Shown: positions 34,421 to 44,079, numbered from the stretch's first letter. The stretch: DNA of 64,000 nt from Clostridia bacterium (GCA_045603585.1 JAZUMK010000030.1:6607-70606); one strand, 5' to 3'. Notes: generated from the letters alone by a model not told the origin. Numbers and translations: made by a program.

Positions 34421-35839
34421 TTAGTTGCCTCCTTTTTCACGCTTCAAAACGGATTTCCAGTAATATGTGCGAATTCCGTCTACATTCTGCAGACAGCGGA
34501 AGGACATATCGACTTCCTTGCCGATGGCGATTTCCTCGGGCTCACAGTCCACGATGTTGGTGAAGATGCGGCCGCCGCCTTCGTAGTCAATAACGGCGAT
34601 CATGCTTGGGGGATCTTCGGAAACGGTGATCTTATCTACGGTATAGGTGGCGATGGTACCCTTCCTGCCAAGGAAGCGGTAGGGCTCATTCTGGTCTACG
34701 CTGTAGCACTCAAGGCAGGTACGTGCACCGGGATATTGAACGGCTCCGCAAACCTTGCAGCGAGTGCCGTAAAGGGCAAAATTCTTGCCGGGAACACGGT
34801 AGTATTCAGGCAGAGACATACGCCTGAGGGGAGGGCGGCGCTGGGGCTCAGTGGTGAGAAGTCTGCGCCAGCGGAGGTACTTTTCATAGGGCATGGAGGT
34901 ACGCTTATGCTCGATGCTGTACTTTACTCTCTTGGGAATAGAGGCAACTGCATCGGTGGTTTCAAATACCATAGCATCCACGCCTTCGCCGTAGCCCAGG
35001 AAAAGGATCTTGTCGCCGGGGTTGCTGTTTTCCAGTGCGGAGCACAGCATCAGAGGAGCTGCGGCACAGCCGGTGTTGCCAACCATATCGTACATATTTT
35101 CCTGAACCTGTTCAGGAGTGAAGCCCAGAGCCTTGGCCATGTCGCCCTGATAACGGGCGGTATGGGCATATATAACGGCTTTGGTGATATCCTTGGTTTC
35201 AAGGCCGCACTTTTCAAGAACCTTCTGAGCGGCTTCCTTCATCAGGGGCATGTACTGCTGAGTGATGGCAAAGCGCTCTTCCCAGCTCTTTACGAAGGGC
35301 TCGCCTTCGGATCTCCACAGATCAAAGAAGTCTCTGGAAATGGAAACGCTGCCCTTCAGCTCTGCAATAAGATCGCTGCTGCCGATTACGAATGCAGCTG
35401 CGCCATCGCCGAAAAGAAGTTCATTTGCGCCGTCGGCAAATGCGGTTCTGCAGTCAGCAGCGGCAACCAGAACGTCGTCGCCCTTTTCTGCATCGGCAAA
35501 GGCAGACAGCATAGCAGTGGAACCGCAGCGAAGAGAGCTGGCAAAGTCAGCGGTCTTAACATCGGTACCCATGTCCAGTGCAGCAGCCACAACTGTGGAG
35601 CACTGTTTTTCTTTGTAGGGAAGGGTGGTGGAGGCCAAGTAGATGCCGTTTACAGAGGGGGATTCCTCCAGTCCGCAGCAGTCAACCGCAGCGGCAACAG
35701 CCATAGTGATGCTGTCTTCGTCATAGCTGGCAACTGCCTTTTCACCGCGCTCTCCCTTTTTGGAATAAGCGTCGCAGATGCGTTTGCGTTCCAATCTGTT
35801 GAAAGGAATGTAAACACCGCAGGATTTAATACCTGTCAC
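34421..35839 (-). CDS. HMG-CoA-synthase-like condensing enzyme fused to a C-terminal DUF35 (zinc-ribbon + OB-fold) domain
   Basis: The N-terminal ~340 aa carry HMGCS-like Glu (SYDEDSITMA), Cys (SLRCGSTAM) and His (YAHTARY) contexts. The C-terminal ~130 aa carry CKVCGAVQYPGARTCLEC followed by an OB-like segment. It uses a GTG start 9 nt after an AAGGAGG. Confidence 0.8.
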   Translation of the reverse strand: MTGIKSCGVYIPFNRLERKRICDAYSKKGERGEKAVASYDEDSITMAVAAAVDCCGLEESPSVNGIYLASTTLPYKEKQCSTVVAAALDMGTDVKTADFASSLRCGSTAMLSAFADAEKGDDVLVAAADCRTAFADGANELLFGDGAAAFVIGSSDLIAELKGSVSISRDFFDLWRSEGEPFVKSWEERFAITQQYMPLMKEAAQKVLEKCGLETKDITKAVIYAHTARYQGDMAKALGFTPEQVQENMYDMVGNTGCAAAPLMLCSALENSNPGDKILFLGYGEGVDAMVFETTDAVASIPKRVKYSIEHKRTSMPYEKYLRWRRLLTTEPQRRPPLRRMSLPEYYRVPGKNFALYGTRCKVCGAVQYPGARTCLECYSVDQNEPYRFLGRKGTIATYTVDKITVSEDPPSMIAVIDYEGGGRIFTNIVDCEPEEIAIGKEVDMSFRCLQNVDGIRTYYWKSVLKREKGGN

Positions 35840-35918
35840 TCTAATTTTCCTCCTTTATATTTTTAAAATAATTTCTTCTGACCAGAAGAAGATGACGGCA
35901 AATTTATTTTACATAAAA

Positions 35919-36020
35919 AGTGTAGCATTGGCGGATTTTAAAGTCAAGAAAAATCATTGACAAATATAAAAATACGAGATATAATTATAATTTTAGTATT
36001 CACTTAAGGTTTCATTGAAA
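35919..36020. promoter_or_regulatory. Bidirectional promoter/operator module, copy 1 (operon side and tetR side)
   Basis: Core sequence: AAAGTCAAGAAAAATCATTGACAA (35940-35963).
- Minus strand: TTGACT, 17-nt spacer, TACACT (35924-35919), pointing to the 12-gene operon.
- Plus strand: TTGACA, 17-nt spacer, TATAAT (35980-35985), pointing to tetR.
- Palindrome TTTCATTGAAA at 36010-36020. Confidence 0.55.
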
Positions 36021-36172
36021 AAGCCAACGAGTTCAACACTTGCACATATTCTCAAAATGATGTATTATCTTGTTACATTCGGCGGAGAAATGGCGCAATA
36101 ATGTGAGATTGTCTCATTTTTTAGAGTTGCCGCCCGGGTAAATACCATAAGTTAGGAGGAGTTGCATTCAGC

Positions 36173-36775
36173 ATGGAACACACCCCAATTAAAAAACGTA
36201 AACAGCAAGCAATTGAAACAAAGGAGCGTATCTATAATGCCACCATCAGCCTGATCAGGGAGCGTGGATTCAGCAATGTCCTGATGGAGGATATTACAAA
36301 GGCGGCGGGCGTATCTGCAGGATTGTTTTATAACTATTTTGCCAATAAGGCAGATGTTATTACCGAGGCATTCTGCTATCGCAGCTGTAAGTATTACGAT
36401 GCTATGGAGCAGGAGCTGCAGGATATAGAGGGCATAGCAAAGCTTCGAATGATAATAAAGCATATGGCCACTCTGCGTCAGGAAATATACGATAAAGAAG
36501 AGCTGAGATATCACCATGTAAACATTCTTGAGACACATAAGCGCCTTGAGGATGTTAGGGAAAACAGCAGCAAACTTCATAAAATGATAATGGAATCTCT
36601 TACGGAGGCGAAGGCCGCCGGTGAGATCCCTGCAGCAATGGACATAGATAATATGTGCAATGTTGTAATGCTGGTGCTCAGAGGGGCCACATGGGAGTAT
36701 CTGGCTGCTACAGGAGAATATCCATTTGAAGAGCGGACCTGGGACATAATTTCAGGCTATATTAAGGGAATATAA
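36173..36775 (+). CDS. TetR/AcrR-family transcriptional regulator
   Basis: The 200-aa protein has an N-terminal HTH (RIYNATISLIRERGFSNVLMEDITKAAGVSAGLFYNYF). Confidence 0.9.
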   Translation: MEHTPIKKRKQQAIETKERIYNATISLIRERGFSNVLMEDITKAAGVSAGLFYNYFANKADVITEAFCYRSCKYYDAMEQELQDIEGIAKLRMIIKHMATLRQEIYDKEELRYHHVNILETHKRLEDVRENSSKLHKMIMESLTEAKAAGEIPAAMDIDNMCNVVMLVLRGATWEYLAATGEYPFEERTWDIISGYIKGI

Positions 36776-36789
36776 TTGAAATATAACAT

Positions 36790-36816
36790 AAAAGCGGCAT
36801 AAAGCCGCTTTTTGCA
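36790..36816. terminator. Bidirectional hairpin terminator after tetR
   Basis: AAAAGCGGCataaAGCCGCTTTTTG. Confidence 0.7.
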
Positions 36817-36829
36817 TGTTCGCTGATTA

Positions 36830-36930
36830 TTTCAATGAAACCTTAATTGAAATAAAACCTTTAATTATACTCTATAATTTTATGCTTGTCAATAATGATT
36901 CTTGACTTTGCCTATACCCAATGTTATACT
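36830..36930. promoter_or_regulatory. Bidirectional promoter/operator module, copy 2 (inverted relative to copy 1)
   Basis: Core sequence: TTGTCAATAATGATTCTTGACTTT (36886-36909).
- Plus strand: TTGACT (36902-36907), 17-nt spacer, TATACT (36925-36930), pointing to the gcdA-like gene.
- Minus strand: TTGACA, 17-nt spacer, TATAAT, pointing back toward tetR.
- Palindrome TTTCAATGAAA at 36830-36840. Confidence 0.55.
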
Positions 36931-36995
36931 TCTACTGTGTAAAGCTGTTTCTATATAACACATATAAAATATTACTGTGAAACAGGGAGGTTTCC

Positions 36996-38762
36996 ATGGA
37001 TACAGAATATGTAATGCACCGTTATTTTCAGGGGATGCCCCAGATAGGTACTCCGCTTGCCTCTCGGGATACTGCAAATGAGCAGCAGCTCAGGCAGATA
37101 GAAGAGGAACTGGATGAAGCTTTGAGAGTTTTGCTGGAGGCAGGCGTAAGTGACGATTCTCTCAATAAGAGAGGTCAGCTCACTGCTCTTCAGAGGCTTG
37201 GTGTCCTTATTGACGAGGGTACCTGGCGTCCCATTAACAGCCTGTTCAATCCCGAATTCAATGAAGATGACGGATGCAGCGTTCTTACCGGTATGGCAAA
37301 GGTGGAAGGTAAGTGGACTGTTATCATCGCCTTCGATAATAAGAAAACCGCAGGCGCATGGGTTCCCGGTCAGGGCCGTAAGATCGTCCGTGCTACCGAG
37401 ATCGCCGAATCCCTGCGTGTTCCCCTTATATATGTACTTAACTGCAGCGGTATGAACCTGCTTCTGCAGGAAAAGCTGTTCAGCGGCCGTCTGTGCAGCG
37501 GCACTCCCTTTTATCGTCATTCCAGACTGCAGCAGGAAGGCATGCCTGTTCTTATCGGCATCTATCAGACCAATCCTGCCGGCGGCGGATACCATGCAAT
37601 CAGTCCTTCTCTGCTTATCGCCAAGGATGATGCCAACTTTGCAGTAGGCGGCTCCGGTATACTGGGCGGTATGAGCTCCAAGGGCTTCTATACTGCTGAA
37701 AGCGCACGTACCCTTATAAATTCTGTGACCAGCTCAGAAACTCCTCCCGCACCCGGCCAGATGAATGTTCATTACTCTCAGACCGGATTTGTAAGAGAAG
37801 TTTACGGCGAAGAAGAAGAGGTGCTGCTGGCGCTGCGTAAGTATGTTGCCGCAATGCCGGCTTATGATCCTGAGTTCTTCAGAGTAGCTCCTCCCATGGA
37901 GCCCCTGTATCCCGGTGAGGATCTGTACACATTGGTTCCTTTCAACCAGCGCAGGCCCATCAATATGCCTGAAGTGGTTGCCCGTCTTGTGGATAACAGC
38001 GAATTTGACGAGTATAAACCGGATTACGGTCCCGAAATTTTCTGCGGTCTCTGCCGCTTGAGCGGTTATCTTGTAGGTATCGTTGGCAACCGTCAGGGTC
38101 TGCTGATGAATTACCCCGAATATCGCCAGAACAGCGTAGGCCTGGGCGGCAAGCTGTATCGTCAGGGTCTCATCAAGATGAATGAGTTCACCACAATGTG
38201 CGCTCGTGACCGCATACCTCTCATCTGGATACAGGATACCACCGGTATCGATGTTGGCGATGATGCTGAGGTTGCAGAAGTTCTGGCTCTGGGTCAGGCT
38301 CTGGTATACTCTGTGCAGTCTGCTGGTGTTCCTCAGATGGAGCTGACCATACGTAAGGCCAATGGCGCCGCGCACTTCCTTATGGGCGGTCCTCAGGGCA
38401 ACGACAGCTGCGTATTCAGCTTCTGCACTGCAGCCAGCGAATACAATCCCATCGTAGCGGAAACCGCTGCAGCTGCTGTATACTCCAGGCGTCTGGTAAG
38501 AGATGATGCTGCCGGCAAGGATATTCAGCCCACCATCGATCTTATGAATGCGCTTATCCAGCGTTATAAGGATACTTCCGAGAATCCCCGCTTTATCGTA
38601 AAGACCGGTCTTGCTGAGGAATGCCTGCCTATGCCTTGCATCAGAGATTACTTTGTTACATTTGCTGAGGCTGCATATCAGAATCCTGCAAGCACATGCC
38701 CCCCTCATCTGATGCTGACTCCCCGCGTGATTAAGGATTATAACGACCTTAAGAACAAGTAA
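36996..38762 (+). CDS. gcdA: Carboxyltransferase of the glutaconyl-CoA decarboxylase alpha-subunit type
   Basis: The 588-aa protein is collinear by eye with my recollection of Acidaminococcus GcdA. Shared segments include YFQGMPQIGTPL, NKRGQLTALQR, DNKKTAGAWVPGQ, GIYQTNPAGGGYH, LLMNYPEY, GGKLYRQGLIKMNEF, WIQDTTGIDVG and GGPQGND. Confidence 0.85.
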   Translation: MDTEYVMHRYFQGMPQIGTPLASRDTANEQQLRQIEEELDEALRVLLEAGVSDDSLNKRGQLTALQRLGVLIDEGTWRPINSLFNPEFNEDDGCSVLTGMAKVEGKWTVIIAFDNKKTAGAWVPGQGRKIVRATEIAESLRVPLIYVLNCSGMNLLLQEKLFSGRLCSGTPFYRHSRLQQEGMPVLIGIYQTNPAGGGYHAISPSLLIAKDDANFAVGGSGILGGMSSKGFYTAESARTLINSVTSSETPPAPGQMNVHYSQTGFVREVYGEEEEVLLALRKYVAAMPAYDPEFFRVAPPMEPLYPGEDLYTLVPFNQRRPINMPEVVARLVDNSEFDEYKPDYGPEIFCGLCRLSGYLVGIVGNRQGLLMNYPEYRQNSVGLGGKLYRQGLIKMNEFTTMCARDRIPLIWIQDTTGIDVGDDAEVAEVLALGQALVYSVQSAGVPQMELTIRKANGAAHFLMGGPQGNDSCVFSFCTAASEYNPIVAETAAAAVYSRRLVRDDAAGKDIQPTIDLMNALIQRYKDTSENPRFIVKTGLAEECLPMPCIRDYFVTFAEAAYQNPASTCPPHLMLTPRVIKDYNDLKNK

Positions 38763-38788
38763 TATAAAGTAATACGAGGGATAAGAAA

Positions 38789-39955
38789 ATGGCAGAACTT
38801 CCACTTAAAGGCATAAAAGTAGTTGAACTTACAACTTATGTAGCTGCTCCCATTTGCGGAAGAATGCTCTGCGATATGGGCGCCGAGGTAATAAAGATTG
38901 AGCCGCCCACAGGTGATGTGTGGAGACATCTGAGACGCAATGTGGCCACTGCTCCTTCCGGAGAGGTTGTAAACTCTATGTTCCAGATAACCAACGCCGG
39001 CAAAAAGAGCGTTGTTTTGAACCTCAGAGACCCTGCGGATATGGAAAACCTCCATAAACTCCTCGAAGATGCTGATGTATTCCTTACCAACAACCGTCTG
39101 TCCTCCCTGAAAAAGATGGGGCTGGATCACGATACTATCTGCAAGAAGTATCCTCACCTGATTTATGCTCTGCTTACCGGTTATGGTGAGGAAGGTCCCG
39201 ATGCAATGAAGCCCGGCTTTGACCTGGTGGCATTCTTCAGCATGTCCGGATATTTGCTGGATATGTCCTGTAAGGAAAATAAGTATCCTGCTTCCGCACC
39301 TACCGGCGCAGGCGATGTTACTTCCGGTATGGCACTGCTCAGCGGTATACTTGCCGCACTGTATAAGAAAAAGGAAACCGGCATGGGCGACTACGTTTCG
39401 GTATCCCTTTACAATACCGGCCTCTGGGTATACAGCACCCCCATTATGCGTGCCGGCGATCCTTACAATACCGAACGCCGTCTGAGCCGCAACGACATGT
39501 GTCCTCTGGCAACCATGTATCGCTGCGGAGATGATGAGTGGATACAGGTATCCATACTTAATGAGGTTGAGCAGGCTCCCGTGTTCTTCAGACTGCTGGG
39601 CGTACCCGAGCTTGCTGAGGACCCCAGATTTGCTACCGATAAGGCTCGCCTTAAGTACACTAAGGAACTGTTTGAGATCGTTGAACCCATATTCCTGACC
39701 AAGCCCAGCTATGAATGGCTGGAAATGCTTCAGAAGGAAGCTATCGTAAGCAGCCGCCTGGCACACTTCTCGGATGTTGCGTCCAGCGAGCAGGCGTGGG
39801 CAAACGGATATCTGGAAAACTTTACCTTCCCCAATGGGGAAACGGCGGTAATACCCTGTTCTCCCGTACGCCTTGAATCCATAGGCGTAGCTCCCTCCAA
39901 GAATGCGCCCGCACTGGGTGAAAACACTGAAGAGGTCCTCTCCAATCTGAAATAG
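38789..39955 (+). CDS. Family III (CaiB/BaiF) CoA-transferase
   Basis: The N-terminus is LKGIKVVELTTYVAAPICGRMLCDMGAEVIKIEPP, with a downstream Asp-containing PGFDLV region typical of the family. Confidence 0.88.
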   Translation: MAELPLKGIKVVELTTYVAAPICGRMLCDMGAEVIKIEPPTGDVWRHLRRNVATAPSGEVVNSMFQITNAGKKSVVLNLRDPADMENLHKLLEDADVFLTNNRLSSLKKMGLDHDTICKKYPHLIYALLTGYGEEGPDAMKPGFDLVAFFSMSGYLLDMSCKENKYPASAPTGAGDVTSGMALLSGILAALYKKKETGMGDYVSVSLYNTGLWVYSTPIMRAGDPYNTERRLSRNDMCPLATMYRCGDDEWIQVSILNEVEQAPVFFRLLGVPELAEDPRFATDKARLKYTKELFEIVEPIFLTKPSYEWLEMLQKEAIVSSRLAHFSDVASSEQAWANGYLENFTFPNGETAVIPCSPVRLESIGVAPSKNAPALGENTEEVLSNLK

Positions 39956-39979
39956 TCACGGCTGAAATCCTCATAGTGA

Positions 39980-40016
39980 AAAATGCTCCGGCGCTAAAAT
40001 GGCCGGAGCATTTTTC
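39980..40016 (+). terminator. Intrinsic terminator
   Basis: ATGCTCCGGC...GCCGGAGCAT followed by TTTTTCC. Confidence 0.8.
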
Positions 40017-40039
40017 CGTATATAAATAATCTGAACAAT

Positions 40040-40078
40040 ATAAAACAGGCTGTTGCGAATGAACAGCCTGTTTTGTTT
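40040..40078. terminator. Bidirectional terminator (serves the minus-strand ABC operon)
   Basis: ACAGGCTGTT-gcgaatg-AACAGCCTGT is flanked by A- and T-runs. Confidence 0.75.
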
Positions 40079-40095
40079 AGCCGAGTTCTTCCGGT

Positions 40096-41049
40096 TTAGG
40101 GAAGGGGATGGTGGCATGCTACGAAGTGGTTGGGCTCCAGCTCGGTGAGAGCAGGGTCGGAAGCGAAGCACTCTTCGGTAGCATAGGGGCAACGCTTTGC
40201 AAAACGGCAGGCGTTGGGCAGATTGATGGGGGAAGTGATCTCGCCCTTGAGCAGGATACGGTCCATCTTCTTGTCGATATCCGGTTCGGGGATAGCGGAC
40301 AACAGCGCCTGAGTATAGGGATGACGGGGATGCTCAAAGAGAGCGTCGGCAGCAGCTTTTTCTACCATCTGGCCCAGATACATGACCGCGATATCATCAG
40401 CAAAGTAATATACAACGGAAAGGTCATGGGTGATGAAAATGTAAGTAAGGCCAAGCTGCTCCTGCAGGTTCTTCAGCAGGTTAAGAATCTGCGCCTGAAT
40501 GGAAACGTCCAGGGCGGATACGGGCTCGTCGCAGATGATGAACTTGGGGTTCATGGCCAGTGCGCGGGCGATGCCGATACGCTGTCTTCTGCCGCCGTCC
40601 AGCTCGTGAGGATAGGAATTGAACAGACGTTCTGCAAGACCTACAGTGGACATAAGCTCAAGAACACGGTTGTCGATCTCTTCCTTGTCAGTCAGGATCT
40701 TATTGAGCACAATGGGCTCTCTGATCAGCTGGTTTACGGTGTAGCGAGGATCCAGGGAGGAGAAGGGATCCTGGAAGATGATCTGCATGTCCTTGCGCAG
40801 GGCGCGCATTTCATTTGCGGAACACTTGGTGATATCCTTGCCTTCAAACAGAACCTCGCCGGAGGTGGGCTCGATAAGGCGGAGAATGGCACGGCCGGTG
40901 GTAGACTTACCGCAGCCGGATTCGCCTACGATGCCAAGGGTTCTGCCGCGTTCGATAGAGAAGCTTACGCCGTCAACTGCATGGAGCATACCACGCTTGG
41001 TTTTAAAGTATTTCTTTAGGTTTTTGACTTCGAGAAGGGTATCGCTCAT
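40096..41049 (-). CDS. ABC transporter ATP-binding protein (OppF/DppF-type)
   Basis: It has Walker A GESGCGKST, signature ELDGGRRQR, Walker B FIICDEPVSALD and the C-terminal Opp-type extension. Confidence 0.9.
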   Translation of the reverse strand: MSDTLLEVKNLKKYFKTKRGMLHAVDGVSFSIERGRTLGIVGESGCGKSTTGRAILRLIEPTSGEVLFEGKDITKCSANEMRALRKDMQIIFQDPFSSLDPRYTVNQLIREPIVLNKILTDKEEIDNRVLELMSTVGLAERLFNSYPHELDGGRRQRIGIARALAMNPKFIICDEPVSALDVSIQAQILNLLKNLQEQLGLTYIFITHDLSVVYYFADDIAVMYLGQMVEKAAADALFEHPRHPYTQALLSAIPEPDIDKKMDRILLKGEITSPINLPNACRFAKRCPYATEECFASDPALTELEPNHFVACHHPLP

Positions 41050-41050
41050 G

Positions 41051-42094
41051 CTACTGCTTGCTCCTTTCTATGCGGAATTCGGGATCGTCATAAGCGCTGC
41101 AGGCTACCATGTGAGTGTCGGATACCCATCTTTCGGCGGGAATGCTTTCCTTGCACTTATCGGTAGCATAGGGACAGCGGTCATAGAATGCGCAACCCGT
41201 ATGCTTGATGGTGGGATCGGGAATAAGGCCGGCGATGGGGGTCAGCTTGGAGGTGCGGTCGCCGATCTTGGGCAGGGAGTTGAACAGACCCTCGGTGTAG
41301 GGATGCATGGTGGACTTAAAGAGGTCTTCAAGGGAACCACGCTCTACGATACGGCCGGCATACATAACGGCAACGTCATCGCAAATCTGAGCAACTATAC
41401 CAAGGTCATGAGTAATCATGATCATGGAGGTCTGATAATGATCCTTCAGGTTCTTCATCAGGTCAAGTACCTGAGCCTGAATGGTAACATCCAGAGCGGT
41501 GGTAGGTTCATCAGCAATAAGGATGTTGGGGTGGCAGGCAAGGGCGATAGCAATAACTACGCGCTGCTTCATACCGCCGGAGAACTGGTGAGGATATTCG
41601 GAAGCGCGCTCGCCGGGGATACCTACGGTTTCCAGCATCTGAACTGCACGGGCATAGCTTTCTTCCTTGGTTACGTTCTCATGAAGAAGTATGCTCTCTG
41701 CAATCTGATCGCCTACGGTGAAAACAGGGTTGAGGGAGGTCATGGGGTCCTGGAAAATCATGGAGATCTCCTTACCGCGCATAACTTCCAGTTCGGATTC
41801 GGACATTTCCATTACGTTGCGTCCGTTTACCTTGATGGTGCCGTTGGTAATAACTCCCGGAGGATCGGGAACCAGCTTGAGCAGGCTGAGCATGGTGGTG
41901 GTCTTGCCTGCGCCGGTCTCGCCTACGATGCCGAGAGTGCGGCTTTTCTTGAGGGCGAGGCTTACATCGTTAACGGCATATACGGTATCGTCTTCGGTAC
42001 GGAACTCGATGGAAAGGTTTTCTACTTCCAGAACGTTCTCGCCATCATAGGGCTGAACGTCATGGTTTTTTACAACGTTTGCGTTCTTTGTCAT
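41051..42094 (-). CDS. ABC transporter ATP-binding protein (OppD/DppD-type)
   Basis: It has Walker [10 protein letters not shown], signature FSGGMKQR and Walker [13 protein letters not shown]. Confidence 0.9.
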   Translation of the reverse strand: MTKNANVVKNHDVQPYDGENVLEVENLSIEFRTEDDTVYAVNDVSLALKKSRTLGIVGETGAGKTTTMLSLLKLVPDPPGVITNGTIKVNGRNVMEMSESELEVMRGKEISMIFQDPMTSLNPVFTVGDQIAESILLHENVTKEESYARAVQMLETVGIPGERASEYPHQFSGGMKQRVVIAIALACHPNILIADEPTTALDVTIQAQVLDLMKNLKDHYQTSMIMITHDLGIVAQICDDVAVMYAGRIVERGSLEDLFKSTMHPYTEGLFNSLPKIGDRTSKLTPIAGLIPDPTIKHTGCAFYDRCPYATDKCKESIPAERWVSDTHMVACSAYDDPEFRIERSKQ

Positions 42095-42108
42095 CTTGTG
42101 TTCCTCCG

Positions 42109-43020
42109 TTACCTCTTGAGCTTGGGATCCAGTGCGTCTCTCAGACCGTCACCGGCAAGGTTGATGGCCAGAACGGTGATGAAGATGAAAACGCCGGGCC
42201 ATATGGTCAAATAAGGATATTCTCTCATATACTGTCTGGAGTCGGAAAGCATGGTGCCCCACTCAGGCATGGGAGAAGGTACGCCCAGACCAAGGAAGCT
42301 GAAGCTGGAAGCCAGAATGATGTTACCGCCCATACGCATGGAAGCCTGAACAAGAATAGAGGAGAATGCGTTGGGGAATACATGCTTGAATATGATGGTA
42401 ATATCCCTTGCGCCGATAGCGCGGGCTGCCTCAACATACTCGTTATCGCGAACCGTCATAACAGCAGCGCGAGCGGTTCTGGAGAAGTGAGGTATGGTGG
42501 ATGCGCCGATGGCTACGATCAGGTTTATAAAGCTGGTGCCGGTAATGGCAACGAACATTATAACTACCAGAATATTGGGGATCATCAGGAAGATCTCCAT
42601 TATGCGCATGATGATAGCCTCGGTCTTGCCGCCAAAGTAACCGGCGATGCAGCCCAGAGTGGTACCAAAGAGCATGGAAACGATAACGGAGCACAGACCG
42701 ATGATGAGGGAATACTTAGCGCCGTAGCATATACGCATAAGTACGTCACGACCCATCTGGTCAGTACCGAAGGGATGAGCCAGATTGGGCTTTATAAGAC
42801 GATCCTGAGGGATCATCTGAATAACCTGAGTTTCGTAATTCAGCACAAAGGAGGAAGCTATGGCGACGAGAATGATAAGGCCAAATACTATAAGGCCTGC
42901 CACAGCGCCCTTGTTCTTTTTGAACTGACGCCATATCTGTTCACTGCGCTTCTGCTTTACATACTTGCTGTGGATGCTGGCAGTGTCGTTGTTTTTCTTT
43001 GCTTTTGCCATATCTCTCAC
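42109..43020 (-). CDS. ABC transporter permease (OppC/DppC-type)
   Basis: It is a polytopic protein with an EAA-like loop (EYVEAARAIGA). Confidence 0.9.
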   Translation of the reverse strand: MRDMAKAKKNNDTASIHSKYVKQKRSEQIWRQFKKNKGAVAGLIVFGLIILVAIASSFVLNYETQVIQMIPQDRLIKPNLAHPFGTDQMGRDVLMRICYGAKYSLIIGLCSVIVSMLFGTTLGCIAGYFGGKTEAIIMRIMEIFLMIPNILVVIMFVAITGTSFINLIVAIGASTIPHFSRTARAAVMTVRDNEYVEAARAIGARDITIIFKHVFPNAFSSILVQASMRMGGNIILASSFSFLGLGVPSPMPEWGTMLSDSRQYMREYPYLTIWPGVFIFITVLAINLAGDGLRDALDPKLKR

Positions 43021-43022
43021 CT

Positions 43023-43952
43023 CTACTTTGTGTACTTTGCTTTGATTCGAGGATCAACAAGCGCGTAGGAAACGTCTACCATAAGCAGAATGGCTGAAGT
43101 AAGAACCGTGGTCATTATTATGCAGCCGGTGGTCATGGTATAGTCATTGGTACGGATAGCCTGAACAACAAGCTGACCAATGCCGGGCCAAGCGAATACG
43201 GATTCTACAACAGCAGCACCGCCGATGAGGATGCTGAACTGACTGCCTGCGATGGTAATAATGGGGATAAGTGCATTCCTCAGAGCGTGAGACCATACCA
43301 GCTTGCGCTGGGATACGCCCTTTGCCTTAGCGGTACGCAGGTAGTCTGCGCGAATGCAGTCCAGCATGGAGGAACGGGTGGTTCTCATAACCAGAGCCAT
43401 GTTCTGGAGAGCAAGGGTAACGGTGGGGAGAACCAGGCTCTTCCAGCCCTGTTCGGCGCCTGTACTGGGCAGCCATCCCAGCTTTACGGAGAACAGCAGA
43501 ACCAGCAGAAGACCGAGCCAGAAGTTAGGTACAGACTGGCCGACGATGGAGAATACGGAAGCTCCGGTGTCCAGCCAGGAATTATGATGGGTAGCCGCCC
43601 ATATACCCATTGGTATGGCGACTATAAGTGTCAAAATCATGGAGCTTACAGCAAGCATAATGGTATAGGGAAGGCGAGCGGTAAACTCATCCCATACGTT
43701 AAGGGAGCTGTACATACTTATACCCAGATCCCCCTTGAGTACGTTTTTCATATACCTGACGTAGCGAACAGGCATGGGATCGTTATATCCCAGCTCTTCG
43801 CGCATCTGTTCACGCTGCTCTTCTGTAGCATCAGGGTACATGGTGAATATGGGATCGCCGGGGGCGAGCTCCATAGCGCCATATACTATGAAGGAAACTA
43901 TCAGAATCATAGGGATGAGCACGAAGAGGCGTTTTACGACATATTTCCACAT
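43023..43952 (-). CDS. ABC transporter permease (OppB/DppB-type)
   Basis: The N-terminus is MWKYVVKRLFVLIPMILIVSFIVY and the EAA-like loop is DYLRTAKAKG. Confidence 0.9.
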   Translation of the reverse strand: MWKYVVKRLFVLIPMILIVSFIVYGAMELAPGDPIFTMYPDATEEQREQMREELGYNDPMPVRYVRYMKNVLKGDLGISMYSSLNVWDEFTARLPYTIMLAVSSMILTLIVAIPMGIWAATHHNSWLDTGASVFSIVGQSVPNFWLGLLLVLLFSVKLGWLPSTGAEQGWKSLVLPTVTLALQNMALVMRTTRSSMLDCIRADYLRTAKAKGVSQRKLVWSHALRNALIPIITIAGSQFSILIGGAAVVESVFAWPGIGQLVVQAIRTNDYTMTTGCIIMTTVLTSAILLMVDVSYALVDPRIKAKYTK

Positions 43953-44079
43953 ATCGTTTATTTTCTCCTCCTGGGTGTGATTTAAAAATGATCTTACAAA
44001 AAAAGTTCCAAATTAAAAATATGGATTCCGCTCCGCCAGGGAGCGGAATCCATTGCGTTAGTTAAAGAAGGTTATTTCT

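Noticed and set aside
36152-36580. A 142-aa ORF antisense to tetR.
   Set aside because: It overlaps the confident TetR coding frame, has no motifs, and the antisense promoter found at copy 2 would terminate at 36790-36816 before reaching it.
35919-36930. tetR flanked by ~95-bp inverted repeats as an invertible (phase-variable) or mobile cassette.
   Set aside because: No recombinase, invertase or transposase is present in the window, and I saw no target-site duplication. The repeat arms are themselves promoter modules that also occur at 45.8-46.0 kb, so duplication of a regulatory region is more likely.
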